Shown here: positions 36,195 through 49,116 of the stretch, piece after piece
Position numbering within the stretch: position 1 is the stretch's first letter
Layout of the letters: each line of letters starts with the position of its first letter
Source: Centroscyllium fabricii
Lineage: Eukaryota
Direction: 5' to 3'
Length of the DNA: 64,000 nt
Assembly (NCBI GenBank): GCA_051313645.2
Contig: JBNRSN020000001.1
Span: forward strand, 560,418,001 to 560,482,000
The notes under the pieces: model-generated
The model's database searches: none
What the model was told of the DNA's origin: nothing
The model's input: the letters and a program-made list of their open reading frames with translations, nothing else
Made by a program: the position numbers and the translations under genes

Positions 36195-36308
36195 TGTCTG
36201 CCATGTTACAACAGCGACTACGCTTCAAAATAATTCATTCGCTGTGAAAGGTTTTGGGATGTCCTGAGGATGTGATAAAGTAGTACATAAATGCAAGTCG
36301 TTATTCTT
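36195..36308 (+). mobile_element. 3' tail fragment of a Deu-type SINE / L2
   Basis: Similar to 47690-47810 (TTACAACAG.GACT..CTTCAA..CTGT.AA..ATAAATGCAAGTC). Confidence 0.6.
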
Positions 36309-37087
36309 AATATAAATAAGGCCACTAATTGTTGGTTTCACATTAAAATGGATGAAAGTCTGGAATAAGCTCTCTAAAATACCAGTAAAAATGATTGGAA
36401 AAGTCTGTAATTGCACAATAAAAAAACAGGATTTGATTCATTCCACCAGTACAAATCAATGGCCCTGGATATTACTTGACTTAATGTCACAGAATAAATC
36501 CGAGAATTGTGAAGTATTGGGGTTGGGAGAAGAGAAGGGTGTAACCAGAGCTCAGGATGTAAATTTGTAATTTATTTGCTGTGTGAATCGTTGAGGTGTT
36601 TTTATGTGATAATGTTATTTTTGCTGTATAAAGTGGAGTGGTTCTATTTTCGCAACATTTATTTGTCAGAATGTGATTGGTAAGAAAATTGAACTTGGTA
36701 AGAACGGTTTTACTTCATATGATTTGTGAATGAAAGAACAATCAATTATGAAGGAGAAAAACTCAGCAGCAGGATTTGCTGCTTCAATACTTCTCAGCCT
36801 GTGGTTTTCCCTGGCCATTCATTTTAATGGATGAAAAATAAAGAGCTGCGGAAAATCTCAGTAAAAGCCTTGAACATTATATAAGGAGGAAGAAGCAATT
36901 TGAACACTGGCTCAACCCTTGCAGTCCAGGCGACGGATATCTACAAAATGTTTCTACAGACCAGAACATCTACTGTGGTGTCATTCATGCATAGTGTAGG
37001 GCCTGGAATACAACTAGAGATATTTGTTATGGTCCTACTTTGAGGTCCTCGTACCCAGCTGCTGTTCCACAAATTATACCCCAACAT

Positions 37088-37177
37088 CAGTCCAAAGATG
37101 TGCGGGTTGGGTTGATTGGCCATGATAAATCGACCCTTAGTGTTAGGGGGATTGAATATGTGGGGTTATGGGGATAG
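37088..37177 (+). mobile_element. Truncated V-SINE, part 1 (split by a CR1)
   Basis: CAGTCCAAAGATGTGCGGGTT..ATATGTGGGGTTATGGGGATAG; resumes at 40088. Confidence 0.8.
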
Positions 37178-40087
37178 AAACATAGAAACATAGAAGATAG
37201 GAGCAGGAGTAGGCCATTCAGCCCTTCGAGCCTGCTCCGCCATTTAACGAGATCATGGCTGATCTTACAAGTTCTGTACCCCGTCCCTGCCTTCTCCCCA
37301 TATCTCTTAATCCCTTTAGCCTGAAGAAATATATCCAGTTCCCTCTTGAATATATTCAATGAACCGGCCTCCACTGTCCTCTGTGGCAAAGAATTCCACA
37401 GGTTCACCACTCTCTGTGTGAAGAATTTCCTCCTCATCTCAGTCCCAAAAGGCTTACCCCTTATCCTTAGACTATGCCCCCTGGTTCTTGACTCCCCCTC
37501 CATCGGAAACATCCTTTCTGCATCTAACCTGTCCAGGCCTGACAGAATTTTATAAGTCTCGATGAGATCCCCTCTTAATCTTCTAAACTCCAGCGAGTAT
37601 AAGCCCAGACTACACAATCTCTCCTCATAAGTCATTCCTGCCATCCCAGGTATCAGCCTGGTGAATCATCGCTGCACTCCCTCCATGGCAAGAACATCCT
37701 TCCTCAGATGAGGCGACCAAAACTGCACACAATACTCAAGGTGTGGCCTCACCAAGGCCCTGTACAGCTGCAGCAAGACATCCCTATTCCTATACTCAAA
37801 CCCTCTTGATATAAAGGCCAACATACCTTTTGCCTTTTTAACCGCATGCTGCACCTGCATGCTCACCTTCAGTGACTGGTGCACTAGACTAGAACACCCA
37901 GATCTCTTTGCACTTCCCCATCTCCCAATCTATTGCCGTTCAAATAATAATCTGCCTTTCTGTTTTTGCTACCAAAGTGGATAACCTCACATTTATCCAC
38001 ATTATAGTGCATTTGCCATGTATTCGCCCAATCCCCCAATCTGTCCAAATCGTACTGGAGCTTCCTGACATCCTCCTCAGAGCATACTCCCCCTCCAAGC
38101 TTAGTGTCGTCTGCGAATTTGGAGATGTTATATCCAATTCCCTCATCCAGGTCATTAATATATATTGTGAACAGCTGGGGTCCCAGTACAGACCCCTGCG
38201 GTACCCCACTAGTCACTGCCCGCCAATCAGAAAACGACCCGTTTATCCTAACTCTCTGTTTTCTATCTGCCAACCAGTTCTCTATCCACGTCAATACCCT
38301 GCCCCCAATCCTATGAGCCTTAATTTTGCATGCCAATCTTCTATGAGGGACCTTGTCAAAGGCTTTCTGGAAGTCCAGGTAAACCACATCTACTGGCTCT
38401 CCCCTATCTATTTTATCAGTTACATCCTCAAAGAATTCCAATTGATTAGTCAAGCACGATTTACCTTTTGTAAATCCATGTTGACTCTGTCCAATCCCAT
38501 CACTATTTGTCAAGTGATCTGCTATTACGTCCTTAATAATTGACTCTAGCATTTTGCCCACAACCGATGTAAGTCAATACCCTGCCCCCAATCCTATGAG
38601 CCTTAATTTTGCATGCCAATCTCCTATGAGGGACCTTGTCAAAGGCTTTCTGGAAGTCCAGATAAACCACATCTACTGGCTCTCCCCTATCTATTTTATC
38701 AGTTACATCCTCAAAGAATTCCAATAGATTAGTCAAGCACGATTTACCATTTGTAAATCCATGTTGACTCTGTCCGATCCCATCACTATTTGTCAAGTGA
38801 TCTGCTATTACGTCCTTAATAATGGACTCTAGCATTTTGCCCACAACCAATGTAAGGCTTACCGGTCTGTAATTCCCCGCTTTCTCTCTACCCCCCTTTT
38901 TGAATAGTGGGGTAACATTAGCCACCCTCCAATCCATGGGCACTGTTCCAGAGTCTATCGAGTTCTGGAAAATGATCCTCAAAGCATCTGCTATCTCCAG
39001 GGCCACTTCCTTAAGCACCCTAGGATGCAGATTATCAGGCCCTGGGGATTTGTCGGCCTTTAATCCCTTCAACTTCCCGGACACCATATCCTTAGAAATA
39101 TTGATTTCTTTCAGTTCCTCCCTTGCATTAGTCCCTATGTTTCCTGACATCTCTGGGAGGTTATTTGTGTCCTCCTTTGTGAAGACAGAACCAAAATATG
39201 AATTTAATTGGTCTGCCATTTCCTTGTTCCCCATTATATATTCTCCTGATTCGGACTGCAAGGGCCCAACTCTGGATTTCACCAGTCTCTTCCTTTTAAT
39301 GTATCTATAAAAGGTTTTGCAGTCAGTTTTTATGTTTGCCGCAAGCTTTCTTTCGTAATCTATTTCCCCCCTCTTAATTAATCCCTTTGTCCTCCTTTGC
39401 TGTATCCTGAATTGTTCCCAATCCTCAGGTTTGGTGCTTTTTTGGCCAGTTGATATGTCCTTTCTTTGGATTTTATGTTATCCCTAATTTCCCTTGTTAT
39501 CCACGGTTGAGTCACCTTTTTTGGTTTATTTTTATGCCAAACTGGTATAAACAAGCTCTGCGCTTCTTCCATTCGATCTTTGAATGCCTGCCATTGTTGA
39601 TCCACCGTCAGCCCCCTGAGCGACACCCCCCAATCAATTGTACACAACTCTCGTCTCATACCATCATAGTTCCCTTTTCTTAAATTCAGGACCTTAGTCT
39701 CTGAGTCAATTTCTTCGCTCTCCATCTTGAGTGAGAATTCGATCATATTATGATCGCTCCGACCCAATGGGCCTCGTACAACAAGATTGCATTAATCCTT
39801 TCTCATTGCACAGTACCCAGTCTAAGATGGCCTGATCCCGAGTTGGTTCCTTGACATATTGGTCCAGGAAACCGTCTTGTATACACTCCAGAAATTCCTC
39901 CTCCATCGTGTTGTTGCTAATCTGGCTAGTCCAATCTATATGTAAATTAAAGTCACCCATGATGACAGCTGTGCCCTTATTGCACGCTTCTTTAATTTCC
40001 CTTTTTATGCCTTCCCCAACCTCCATATTACTATTTGGCGGTCTATATACCACTCCCACCAACATTTTCCGCCCCTTGCTATTCCTC
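37178..40087 (-). mobile_element. CR1 LINE (endonuclease C-terminus through RT and tail) with an internal tandem duplication
   Basis: VYRPP, MGDFN, SDHN, KSPGPD, NYRPVSLT, KAFDKVPH, FADDTK; (CATAGAAA)n tail. Confidence 0.93.
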
Positions 40088-40255
40088 AGGGTAGGGTGGG
40101 ATATGTGTCGGTGCAGGCTCAATAGGGATCGAGGGATATTGGGAGAAGGCAGGGACAGGGTGCTGAGTTTGGATGATCAGCCAGGATCTCATTAAATGAC
40201 GGAACAGGCTCGAGGGGCCGAATGGCCTACTCCTGCTCCTATCTTCTATGTTTTT
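40088..40255 (+). mobile_element. V-SINE part 2 (tail)
   Basis: GGGTGGGATATGTGTCGGTGCAGGCTC..GGCCTACTCCTGCTCCTATCTTCTATG. Confidence 0.8.
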
Positions 40256-40525
40256 ATCACCACCAGCAGGAAAAGAACAAACCTTGCATCCTTCACCAAC
40301 ATTGACTGCCTCTATAAAGCAGGAAGGTTCACAAAGAACTAATGGAAAGCTCACACCTGCATGCCTCTTGATGCCTTTATGTTGTTGGCCACTCTTCCTC
40401 TTGGGCTCTGGCCGAGCTTGTCTCATCATGTCTGTACTTAAGTGTCTCTGACTTTCCTTCTTATTCCTGCTGTGGGATAGCAACTCCAGAATTATCAATT
40501 TTAGCAGGATCTGGGAGTTAAAATA

Positions 40526-40867
40526 CAGGTTGAGCACCGGTAATCCGACACCCGATGGTCCGGCATCTTCAGTGGCACGAATCGAAACCGGCGCTCTTTG
40601 GTTTGCAGAGTAGCCGCTCGGCGGCGCCACCGTTTCTCGCAAAGGGTGGGCGAGCGCCGAAGGCGTCGGGCATTTGGGTTTCTTTTTTTTAAGGCTTGTA
40701 AGTGTGCTATCCCCGGGCTCCCTCCCGGGGAGTGTTCTACCCGCACGCTCCGGGCCCCGGGGAGTGTTCTACCCGCGCGTTCTATCCAAACCTTCAGTGG
40801 TTCGGAATTTTCAGTGGTCCGGCATCGGCCTGGTCCCGAGGGTGCCGGATTACCGGAGCTCAACCTG
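40526..40867. mobile_element. Tc1/mariner-pogo-type MITE
   Basis: TIRs CAGGTTGAGCACCGGTAATCCGACACC / GGTGCCGGATTACCGGAGCTCAACCTG; TA TSD. Confidence 0.88.
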
Positions 40868-40983
40868 TACTTGAGTCTTTGAGTCAGAATATAATTGCAG
40901 GGTTACAGCCTATGAAACCCAGGCAGAGAGGACCTGCGGGAAGGAGGGAGAAGGACAGTAGCAGTATGTTTGTGTATGTGTGC

Positions 40984-41291
40984 TAGGCCGCTGTAGCAGA
41001 GCCTGGTCTCCAATCGTCTTGGATCCCCTTGCCATTGGACCAAGGCTTTGCTCTGTCAAGCCCGTGTGGTGGCTGGTGTGCAACGGCCACCCCACGTTAA
41101 AAGAATTCATGCACAGCTATCTTCCACCCTTTAAAATGAAGTTCAGAACCTGGAATGTCAGGACCCTCATGGAAAACCCCAACAGTGACAGAGACTGTAG
41201 GTCCTGCATTGGACTCATCAGTCACCTGAGAACTCATTTTTAGTGTGGAAGCAAGTCATCCTTGGTTCCGAGGGACTGCCTAAGAAGAAGA
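40984..41291 (+). mobile_element. Internally deleted (bipartite) RTE-type element
   Basis: MKFRTWNVRTLMENPNSDR (endonuclease start) fused to CRSCIGLISHLRTH (RTE C-terminus), short 3'UTR and (AAG)n tail; 5' end approximate. Confidence 0.72.
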
Positions 41292-41418
41292 TATAATTAG
41301 TAAATTCAATGAAATAAGGAAAACATTAAAGCCAGTGGATAGAAGAGGTTGTTCAACAACTCTTCAGTAGGGGACAAGCGGAACACCTTTATAGATATAA
41401 TGTTGAGCATTTAGGATA

Positions 41419-42163
41419 AATAAGAACATAAGAAATAGGAGCAGGAGTAGGCCAATCGGCCCCTCGAGCCTGCTCCGCCATTTAACAAGATCATGGCTGA
41501 TCTGATCCTAACCTCAATTTTATTTTTACTCTCCATCCCGCCCAAACCCATGTGATCACCCGGGAGAGGCGAAAAAACAGATAAAAAACCCAGTGGCCAA
41601 TTTGGGAGAAAAAATCTGGGAAATTCCTCTCCGACCCATCTAGGCGATCGAAAACTGGTCCAGGAGATCACATGGCCGATCTGAACCTAGCCTCACGTCC
41701 ACTTACCTGCCCGCTCACCATAACCCCTAATTCCCTTTACTTCCAGGAAACTGTCTATCTCTGTTTTAAATTTATTCAATGTAGTAGCTTCCACAGCTCT
41801 CTGGGGCAGCAAATTCCACAGCCCCACCACCCTCTGAGTGAAGAAGTTTCTCCTCATCTCAGTTTTGAAATGGCAGCCCCTTATTTTAAGATCATGCCCC
41901 CTAGTCCTAGTTTCACCCACCATTGGGAACATCCTCACCACATCCACCCGATCAAGCCCTCTCACAATCTTATATGTTTCAATAAGATTGCCTCTCATTC
42001 TTCTGAACTCCAATGAGTAGAGGCCCAATCTACTCAACCTCTCGTCATATGTTAGCCCCCTCATCCCCGGAATTAACCTAGTGAACCTTCTTTGCACTGC
42101 CTCGAGAGCAAGTATGTCCTTTCTTAAATATGGACACCAGAACTGCACGCAGTATTCCAGGTG
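41419..42163 (-). mobile_element. CR1 LINE 3' end with extended 3'UTR
   Basis: HLEYCVQFWCP..GKWT; near-identical to 56735-57480. Confidence 0.93.
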
Positions 42164-42313
42164 ATACATATTTAAATTCAATTCTCTCAGACTAAATAAA
42201 CGTGATGGATTATCAAACAATTTAAAAGTGAGATAAAAAGGAAAAGAAATGGCATGTCCAAATCCTTCAGGAAAGGGATGGAATTTACTGCGATGAATGC
42301 AAGAAAATGCAGA

Positions 42314-42465
42314 AACAACAACAACTACTTGTATTTATATAGCACCTTTAACATATTAAAATGTCCCAAGGTGCGTCACAGGAGTATGATAAGACAAATA
42401 ATTTGGCGACAAGCCACATAAGGGGAAATTAGGGCAGCCGATCAAAAGCTTGGTCAAAGAGGTAG
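42314..42465 (-). mobile_element. L2-type LINE 3' tail
   Basis: (AAC)n CTTGTATTTATATAGCACCTTT; matches 51225-51370. Confidence 0.75.
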
Positions 42466-42469
42466 ATGA

Positions 42470-43495
42470 AATCATATTAAAAGGCCGAACAGAGAGCAAA
42501 GCGAGGCCGAGAAAAAAGCATAGCAGCCAAGGTTGAAATCAATGGCAAATAATTATTTCAGTACCACAAGAGAAAAAGGGCAGCCAGAGAAGAGGTGAAA
42601 ACCATGAAAGATGCAAATGAGCTTGAAACTGTGGATGGTAAAAGTAGTAAATACTATGAATGATTACTTCCTCCAGTTATTCACAAGTGAAGACGTGAGC
42701 AATCAGACCTTCCTCAAACAAAGATATCCCAACTACAGTCAGTGACTTGGATATAAATGAGATGGAAGCTAAATGAGCTCAAGACAAATAAATCCCCATG
42801 GATAGATGGTATTTACCCAAATGCTGAGAGAGACTCGGGAAGAGATTTGTGAGGCACTGCAGGAGTCGATGGACACTGGGGAAATACTGGTAGATTGGAA
42901 ACAGCAGTCAACATGGATCCAGAGGGGCAAAGTCTTGCCTGACCAACCTCCTTAATTTCTTCGAGGAAGTGACTATGAAAAGGCCACTTGATTTTCAAAA
43001 AACTTTAGAATGTGGCACATGAAAGGCTATTAGTGAAACGCAAAGCTGTGGAGATTGAGGATCAGCCTTGAGGATGGATAAGAACATGGCAGAAGGTTAT
43101 CAAACAATGAGTTAGGTCATGGTGGGGGGTGGGGGGGAAGTATTGGCTGGGCCCACAACTGTTTGCAATTTACATAAATGACCTAGATTCAAAAATTCAA
43201 TGCAAAGCGGTCAAATTTGCAGTCGACACCAAACTAGAAATTACAGAATCAGTTGGACAAGACAAGTAACAGGGCAGAATAATGCACATGAAATGTAATG
43301 TAGACAAGTGTAAAATGCAATCATCAGAAGAAAAAAAGATAAAATGTGTACTCAATGAATGGAGTTCAAATGACTAAGGATGAAGCAGAAAGGGACCATG
43401 GAACCTTAGCAGTCTTGATGATAAACCTGTCCAGCCAATACAGACCAGCAATCAGCAATCTCCAAAGATTATTAAACTACATAGTAGAATACAAG
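42470..43495 (+). mobile_element. Highly decayed CR1-like RT remnants
   Basis: Remnants of KSP, F.IYINDLD, KFAVDTKL motifs with many stops. Confidence 0.55.
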
Positions 43496-45383
43496 TCATA
43501 GAATCAACGAATGATACAGCACAGAAGGAGGCCATTCGGCCCATCGTGCCCGTGCCAGCTGTTTGAAAGAGCAATCCAATTAGTCTCACCCCATAGCCTT
43601 GCATTTTTTCCTCTTAACAAGTATTTATCCAATTCCCTTTTGAAAGTTATTATTGAATCAGCCTTCAGAGAGTGCATTCCAGATAATAACAATTTTCTGT
43701 GTAATTGTTTTTCCCTAATGCCGCCTCTGGTTCTTTTGCCAATTACCTTAAATCTCTGTCCTCTGGTTACTGACTCTACTGCCACTGGTAACAGTTTCTC
43801 CTTATTTACTCTTATCAAAACCCTTCATGATTTTGAACATCTCTATTAAATCTCCCCTTAACCTTCTCTGCTCTAAAGAGAACATTCCCAGTTTCCCTAG
43901 TCTCTCCACATAACGGAAGTATTCATCCCTGGTGCCATTCTAGTAAATCTCCTCTGTACCCTCTTAAAGGCCATGAAATCCTTCCTAAAGTGTGGTGGCC
44001 AGAATTGGACACAATACTCCAGCTGGGACCTAACCAGTGTTTTATCAAGTTTAGCATAACTTCCTGGCTAGTGTACTCTATGCTTCTATTTATAAAGCCA
44101 ATTATCCCATCTGTATTTTTAACAGGCATCTCAACTTGTCCTGCCACTGTCAAATACTTGCGCAGGTACACCCCCAGGCGTCTCTGTTCCTGCACCACTT
44201 CTAAAATTGTACCATTTAGCTTATATTTCCTCTCCTCATTCTTCCTACCAAAATTAATCACTTCACATTTCTGTTTTAAATTTCATCTGCCAAGTGTCTG
44301 TCCATTTTGCAGTCTGTCTGTCCTCCTGAAATCTGTTACAATCCTCCTCACTGTTTATTATACTTCTGAGTTTTGTGTCATTTGCAAACTTTGAAATGAT
44401 GCCCTTTATGTCCAGGTTATTAATATATATCAAAAGGAACAGTGGTCCCAACACCGACCCCCTGGGGGACACCACTGCGCACTTTCCTACAGACTGAAAA
44501 TCCACGCAGCCACGCCCCTTCAATCCCATGGGCTTCAATTTTGCTAACAAGTCTGTTATGTGTTACTTTATCAAATGGCTTTGGAAAGTCCATGTACACA
44601 ATATTAACCACACTACCCTCATCAACCCTCTCTGTTACTTCATCAAAGAACTCAATCAAGTTAGTCAAATATGATTTGCCTGTAACAAATCTCTGCTGGC
44701 TTGCATTTATTAACCATATCTTTCTAAGTGCCAATTAATTTTGTCCTGGATTACTGTCTCTCAAAGTTTCCCCATGTTAGGCTGACTGGCTTACAGTTGC
44801 TGGGCTTATCCCAGTCTTTTTTTGAACAGTGATGTAGCATTCAAAATCCTCCAGTCCTCTGGCACCACTCCCATATATAAGGAGGATTGGAAGATTGTGA
44901 CCAGAGCCTCCGCAAGTTCCACTCTTGCTTCCCTCGGCAACCGAGGATGTATCACAACCAAACCGGATGACTTTTCTACTTTGAGCGCTGCAAAGCTTTT
45001 CAGTACCTCTTTATTTATTTTATCCTATTCAATTTCTCTACTACCTCCTGTACTGTGCCATTGGCAGGTTTCTCTTCTTTAGTGAAGGCAGATACAAAGT
45101 GCCCATCGAGTACCTCAGCCGTGCCCTCTGCCTCCATAAGAGCCTTTTGTTTCCTAATTGCCCACAGCCTCCCGTTGACGATCCTTTTACTATTTCTATG
45201 TTTATGAAAGACTTCTGGGTTCTCTTTTATGTTACTTCATAATCTATTCTCATACACTCTTGTCCCATTTATTTATTTTTTCAGTTCGCCCCTGTATTTT
45301 TTGTATTCAGCTTGGTTCTCTATTGTATTATGAACCTGACATTTATCATAAGCCATCTTTTTCTGTTTCATTTTAATCTCTAT

Positions 45384-46142
45384 GCATCAGAAATTCGGCT
45401 TTGAACGCATGAGTACGGATGGGGTACTCACGCGTAGGCCATTCGAAAGTGTCGGTTTCCTGCATGCACTGCACATGCGCGGGAAACCAGCACTTCCGAT
45501 CCCCAAACTAAGGGGTTACGAAGTGAAGCACGTGCACGGGAGCGGCAGCGCGTGCGCATTGCACTTGCGTCTTTTTTTTCAGGTTTTCCTGTCCGGGTAA
45601 GTGAGAAAAAGTTAGACATGAAAAAAGCAGCTGTAAGGCCGGCTTTTAACAAGGTAAGTGCTGAATTAATTCAAATTAAAACATTTTTTCCACAGGTTTA
45701 TTATTTTTAAATACTTTAAAGAAAGGTAAGTTCATTTTTAGCCCCGTTAGGAAAAATAATTAATTTTTTCAAAAATTTAAATTATTGTTTAAAATCGTTA
45801 TTTAATGTAATTTATAGTTATTTTAAAAGTGTGATAAATAAATGTATTTGAAGTTTCAATGATGTTTTGGGGCTTGTAGTTTTCATAGTTTTGACAGCTC
45901 TTCCTGTCAAACTTACGAATAGAGCATTCTCTGCTCCGATTGGCTCTCCATGGCCCACGTGATCCCAGAGGACGCATCGCACTAACTGTGCCGCTGGGAT
46001 ACGCGAGCACAGCGCGCCGGCAGTTGAAGCAGGCCCCGGATCGGAATTCCATGCGGGCCCACAGCTCAATGGCCGGCGCGCAAGCTAAGTGCAGTTTGGA
46101 GGCTTACACCCGCGGGAAGCCTCCAACCCGAATTTCTGGGCC
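45384..46142. mobile_element. Harbinger-like MITE
   Basis: Imperfect TIRs GCATCAGAAATTCGG / CCGAATTTCTGGGCC; 3-bp TAT/TAT flanks; CR1 sequence continues across it. Confidence 0.7.
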
Positions 46143-46735
46143 TATATCTTTAGTCATCCAGGGAGCTCCAGCTTTGGATGCCCTTCCTATCCCCCTCATG
46201 GGAATGTGTCTAGCCTGGACCCGAATTATCTCCTCTTTGAAGGCCTCCCATTGTTCAATTACTGTTTCACCGTGCCAATCTTTGATTCCAATCCACTCCT
46301 CCAGTGCAATGTTTTTACATTTGATTTTTCTTTGTTTCCATAACTACTCTAAACCTAATGTTATGTGATCACTGTTTCCCAATGTTCTCCCACTGAAACA
46401 TGCTCCAGTTTCCCCACTTCATTCCCCAGAACTAGATCCAGCGCTGCTTCTGGCCTCGTTGGTCTGGAACCATACCGATCAAGAAAATTCTCCCGTACAC
46501 ATTTCAGGAATTCCTCCCCCTCTTTGCTCTTTACACTGTTATTTTCCCAGTCTATGTTAAGATAATTATCATGACTATAAATTTCTTGCATCTTTCTGTA
46601 ATTTGTGCGCAAATATGCGCCTCTATCTCCTTCCCACTATTTGTTGGCTTATAGTATACACCCAGCAGCGTATAACTCCTCTATTGTTCCTTAATTCTAA
46701 TCAAATAGATTCCGTCTTTGAACCCTCAAGTACAT

Positions 46736-47051
46736 CATAGAATCACAGAATCCCTACAGTGCAGATAGAGGCCATTTCGGCCCATCGAGCCTGCACCAAC
46801 ACATATCCCACCCTATCCCCGTAACCCCACATATTTAATCCCCCTAACACTAAGGGTCAATTTATCCTGGCCAATCAACCTAACCCGCACATCTTTGGGC
46901 TGTGGGAGGAAACCGGAGCACCCGGAGGAAACCCACGCAGACACGGGGAGAATGTGCAAACTCCACACAGATAGTACCCGAGGCCGGATTTAAACCTGGG
47001 CCCCTAGCGCTGTGAGGCAACAGTGCTAACCACTATGCCACCGTGCTGCCC
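46736..47051 (-). mobile_element. Full-length V-SINE with a short alternative tail
   Basis: GGGCAGCACGGTGGCATAGTGG head, V-domain, tail ..CTGCACTGTAGGGATTCTGTGATTCTATG. Confidence 0.9.
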
Positions 47052-47352
47052 ATCATCCCTTTCCAGTGCTGTATCTTTGATCAATGAGCCACCCCCTCCA
47101 TTATTTCCTTCCCTATCTTTCCTGAATACATTGTAGTCAGGAATATTAAGTGCCCATCTTCCCCTTATTTGGGTCTGGTCTCCATTATTATCACAAGACC
47201 TTAATCCCATGGTGGTTACTTGTGCCTGCAGCTCACCAACCTTATTTACCATGCTCCGTGCATTTATGCACATGCACTCTAACCCCATCTTAGTCTGCCT
47301 TGCATTTCCCCGCTGTCTGATCCCAACTATTTCTAAACTATTCTTTATTTAA

Positions 47353-47812
47353 GTGTCAGCTGTGGCTCAGTGGGTAGCACCCTCGTCTCCTGGGTCAGAA
47401 GGTTGTGGGTTCAAATCCCACTCCAGAGACGTGAGCACAAAAATCTAGGCTGACATTTGAGTGCAGCAGTGAGGGAGTGCTGCACTGTCAGAGGTGCTGT
47501 CTTTTGGATGAGACGTTAAACTGAGGCTCCATCTGCCCCCTCAGGTGTGGACGTAAAGATCCTATGGCACTATTTTGCAGAAGAGCAGGGGAGTTGCCCC
47601 ATTGTGTTAACCCTCAATCAACATCACTAAAACAGATTATCTGGTCATTATCACATTGCTGTCTGTGGGAGCTTGCTGTGTACAATTTGGTTGCCGTGTT
47701 TCCTGCATTACAACAGTGACTGCACTTCAACAAGTATTTAATTGGCTGTAAAGCACTTTGGCATATTCAGTGGTCGTGAAAGGCGCTATATAAACACAAG
47801 TCTTCCTTTTTT
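47353..47812 (+). mobile_element. tRNA-derived Deu-domain SINE (SacSINE1-like) with L2-type tail
   Basis: A box TGGCTCAGTGG, B box GGTTCAAATCC, core TGAGACGTTAAAC..GTAAAGATCC.ATGGCACTATT..GAAGAGCAGGGGAGTT, tail AAAGGCGCTATATAAA. Confidence 0.8.
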
Positions 47813-48231
47813 GTTAATGGTGTTTGTCTCTACCAGTTCCCTCTACACCTTGTATCCTTTCTCTAATGCTTCAACCTAGTGCCCTTACCCCTGATAAATT
47901 AGTTTAAACTATAATAAGAAAAAGACCGGACAGAACACCCGGCATCGAACTAGGCACCGGATTCGGACACGACAAAGGCATACACAGACCAGTCGACCCT
48001 GCAGAGTCCTCCTCCGTAACACCTGGGGGCTTGTGCAAAAATTGGGAGAGCTGTCCCACAGACTAATCAAGCAACAGCCTGTCATAGTCATACTCACAGA
48101 ATCATACCTTTCAGCCAACACCTCAGACACCTCCATCACCATCACTGAGTATGTCCTGTCCCACCAGCAGGACAGACCCACCAGAGGTGGTGGCATAGTG
48201 GTATACAGTCAAGAGGGAGTGCCTCTGGGAG

Positions 48232-48378
48232 CAACATTCCTGCTAAGTGGCCGCGCAGCGGTCTGGACGACCCACACAGGCCACTCACCGGCTTTTACAT
48301 AGAAAAAACCGCGAATGCGCGAAAATCTGAACGCTACACGCAGCCAGTTAAAGGGCCCGCGCAGGAGAGGAAATATTG
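48232..48378. mobile_element. hAT-like MITE
   Basis: CAACATTCC / GGAAATATTG ends; 8-bp flanks TCTGGGAG/CCTGGCAG. Confidence 0.55.
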
Positions 48379-49041
48379 CCTGGCAGTCCTCAACATTGAC
48401 TCCGGACCCCAGGTCAAACATAGGCAAGGACCCCTCCAGCTGATTACCACTAACCGCCCTCCCTCAGCTGATGAATCAGTACTCCTCCATGTTGAACACC
48501 ACCTGGAAGAAGCACTGAGAGTTTCAAGAATGGACTTCAATGTACATCACTAAGAGTGGCTCGGTAGCACCACTACTGGCTGAGTTCTGAAGGACAGAGC
48601 TGCCAGACTGGGCCTGCGGCAGGTGGTGAGAAAACCAACTTAAGGGGAAAAACCGACTTGACCTCGTCCTTGCCAATCTACCTGTTGCAGATGCATCTGT
48701 CTATGACAGTATTTTTAGGAGTAACCACCGCACAGTCATTGTGGAGACAAAGTCCCATCTTCACACTGAGGAGACCCTCCATTGTGTTGTGTGGCACTAC
48801 CACCGTGCTAAATGGGATAGATTCAGAACAGATCTGGCAGCTCAAAACCAGACATCCATGAAGCAGTGTGGACCATCAGCAGCAGCAGCAGCAGAATTGT
48901 ATCCCACCACAATCTGTAACATCATGGCCCGGCATATCCTTCCATCTACCATTACTATCCAGATAAGGGACCAACCCTGGTTGAAAGAGCATGCCCTAGT
49001 AAGCCCTGTTCCTGGGACTAGGGAGAGGGTCACTGGCAAGG

Positions 49042-49116
49042 CTTGGAAGCTAAGCAGAGCCAGGCCTGGTTAGTACTTGGATGGGTGACCACCAGGGAAT
49101 ACCAGGTGCAGAAGGT
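49042..49116 (+). pseudogene. 5S rRNA-derived fragment (3' ~75 nt with the internal Pol III control region)
   Basis: GGAAGCTAAGCAG.G...GGCCTGGTTAGTACTTGGATGGG.GACC.CC.GGGAATACC.GGTGC.G.AGG matches vertebrate 5S nt ~45-119; 5' part absent. Confidence 0.88.

Larger units (their letters stand above)
43497..47330 (-). mobile_element. Old CR1 LINE (endonuclease to tail) interrupted by a MITE and a SINE
   Basis: CINARS.VNK..EL, YMDFPKPFDKV, SVLGP..IYINNL, KFANDTKL. Confidence 0.85.

Noticed and set aside
48460-48500. Hammerhead ribozyme at CTGATGA motifs (here and elsewhere)
   Set aside because: No properly spaced GAAA and flanking stems seen by eye; an Infernal scan would be needed to exclude it fully
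49042-49116. Functional 5S rRNA gene
   Set aside because: The first ~44 nt are missing, there are several substitutions and no oligo-T terminator
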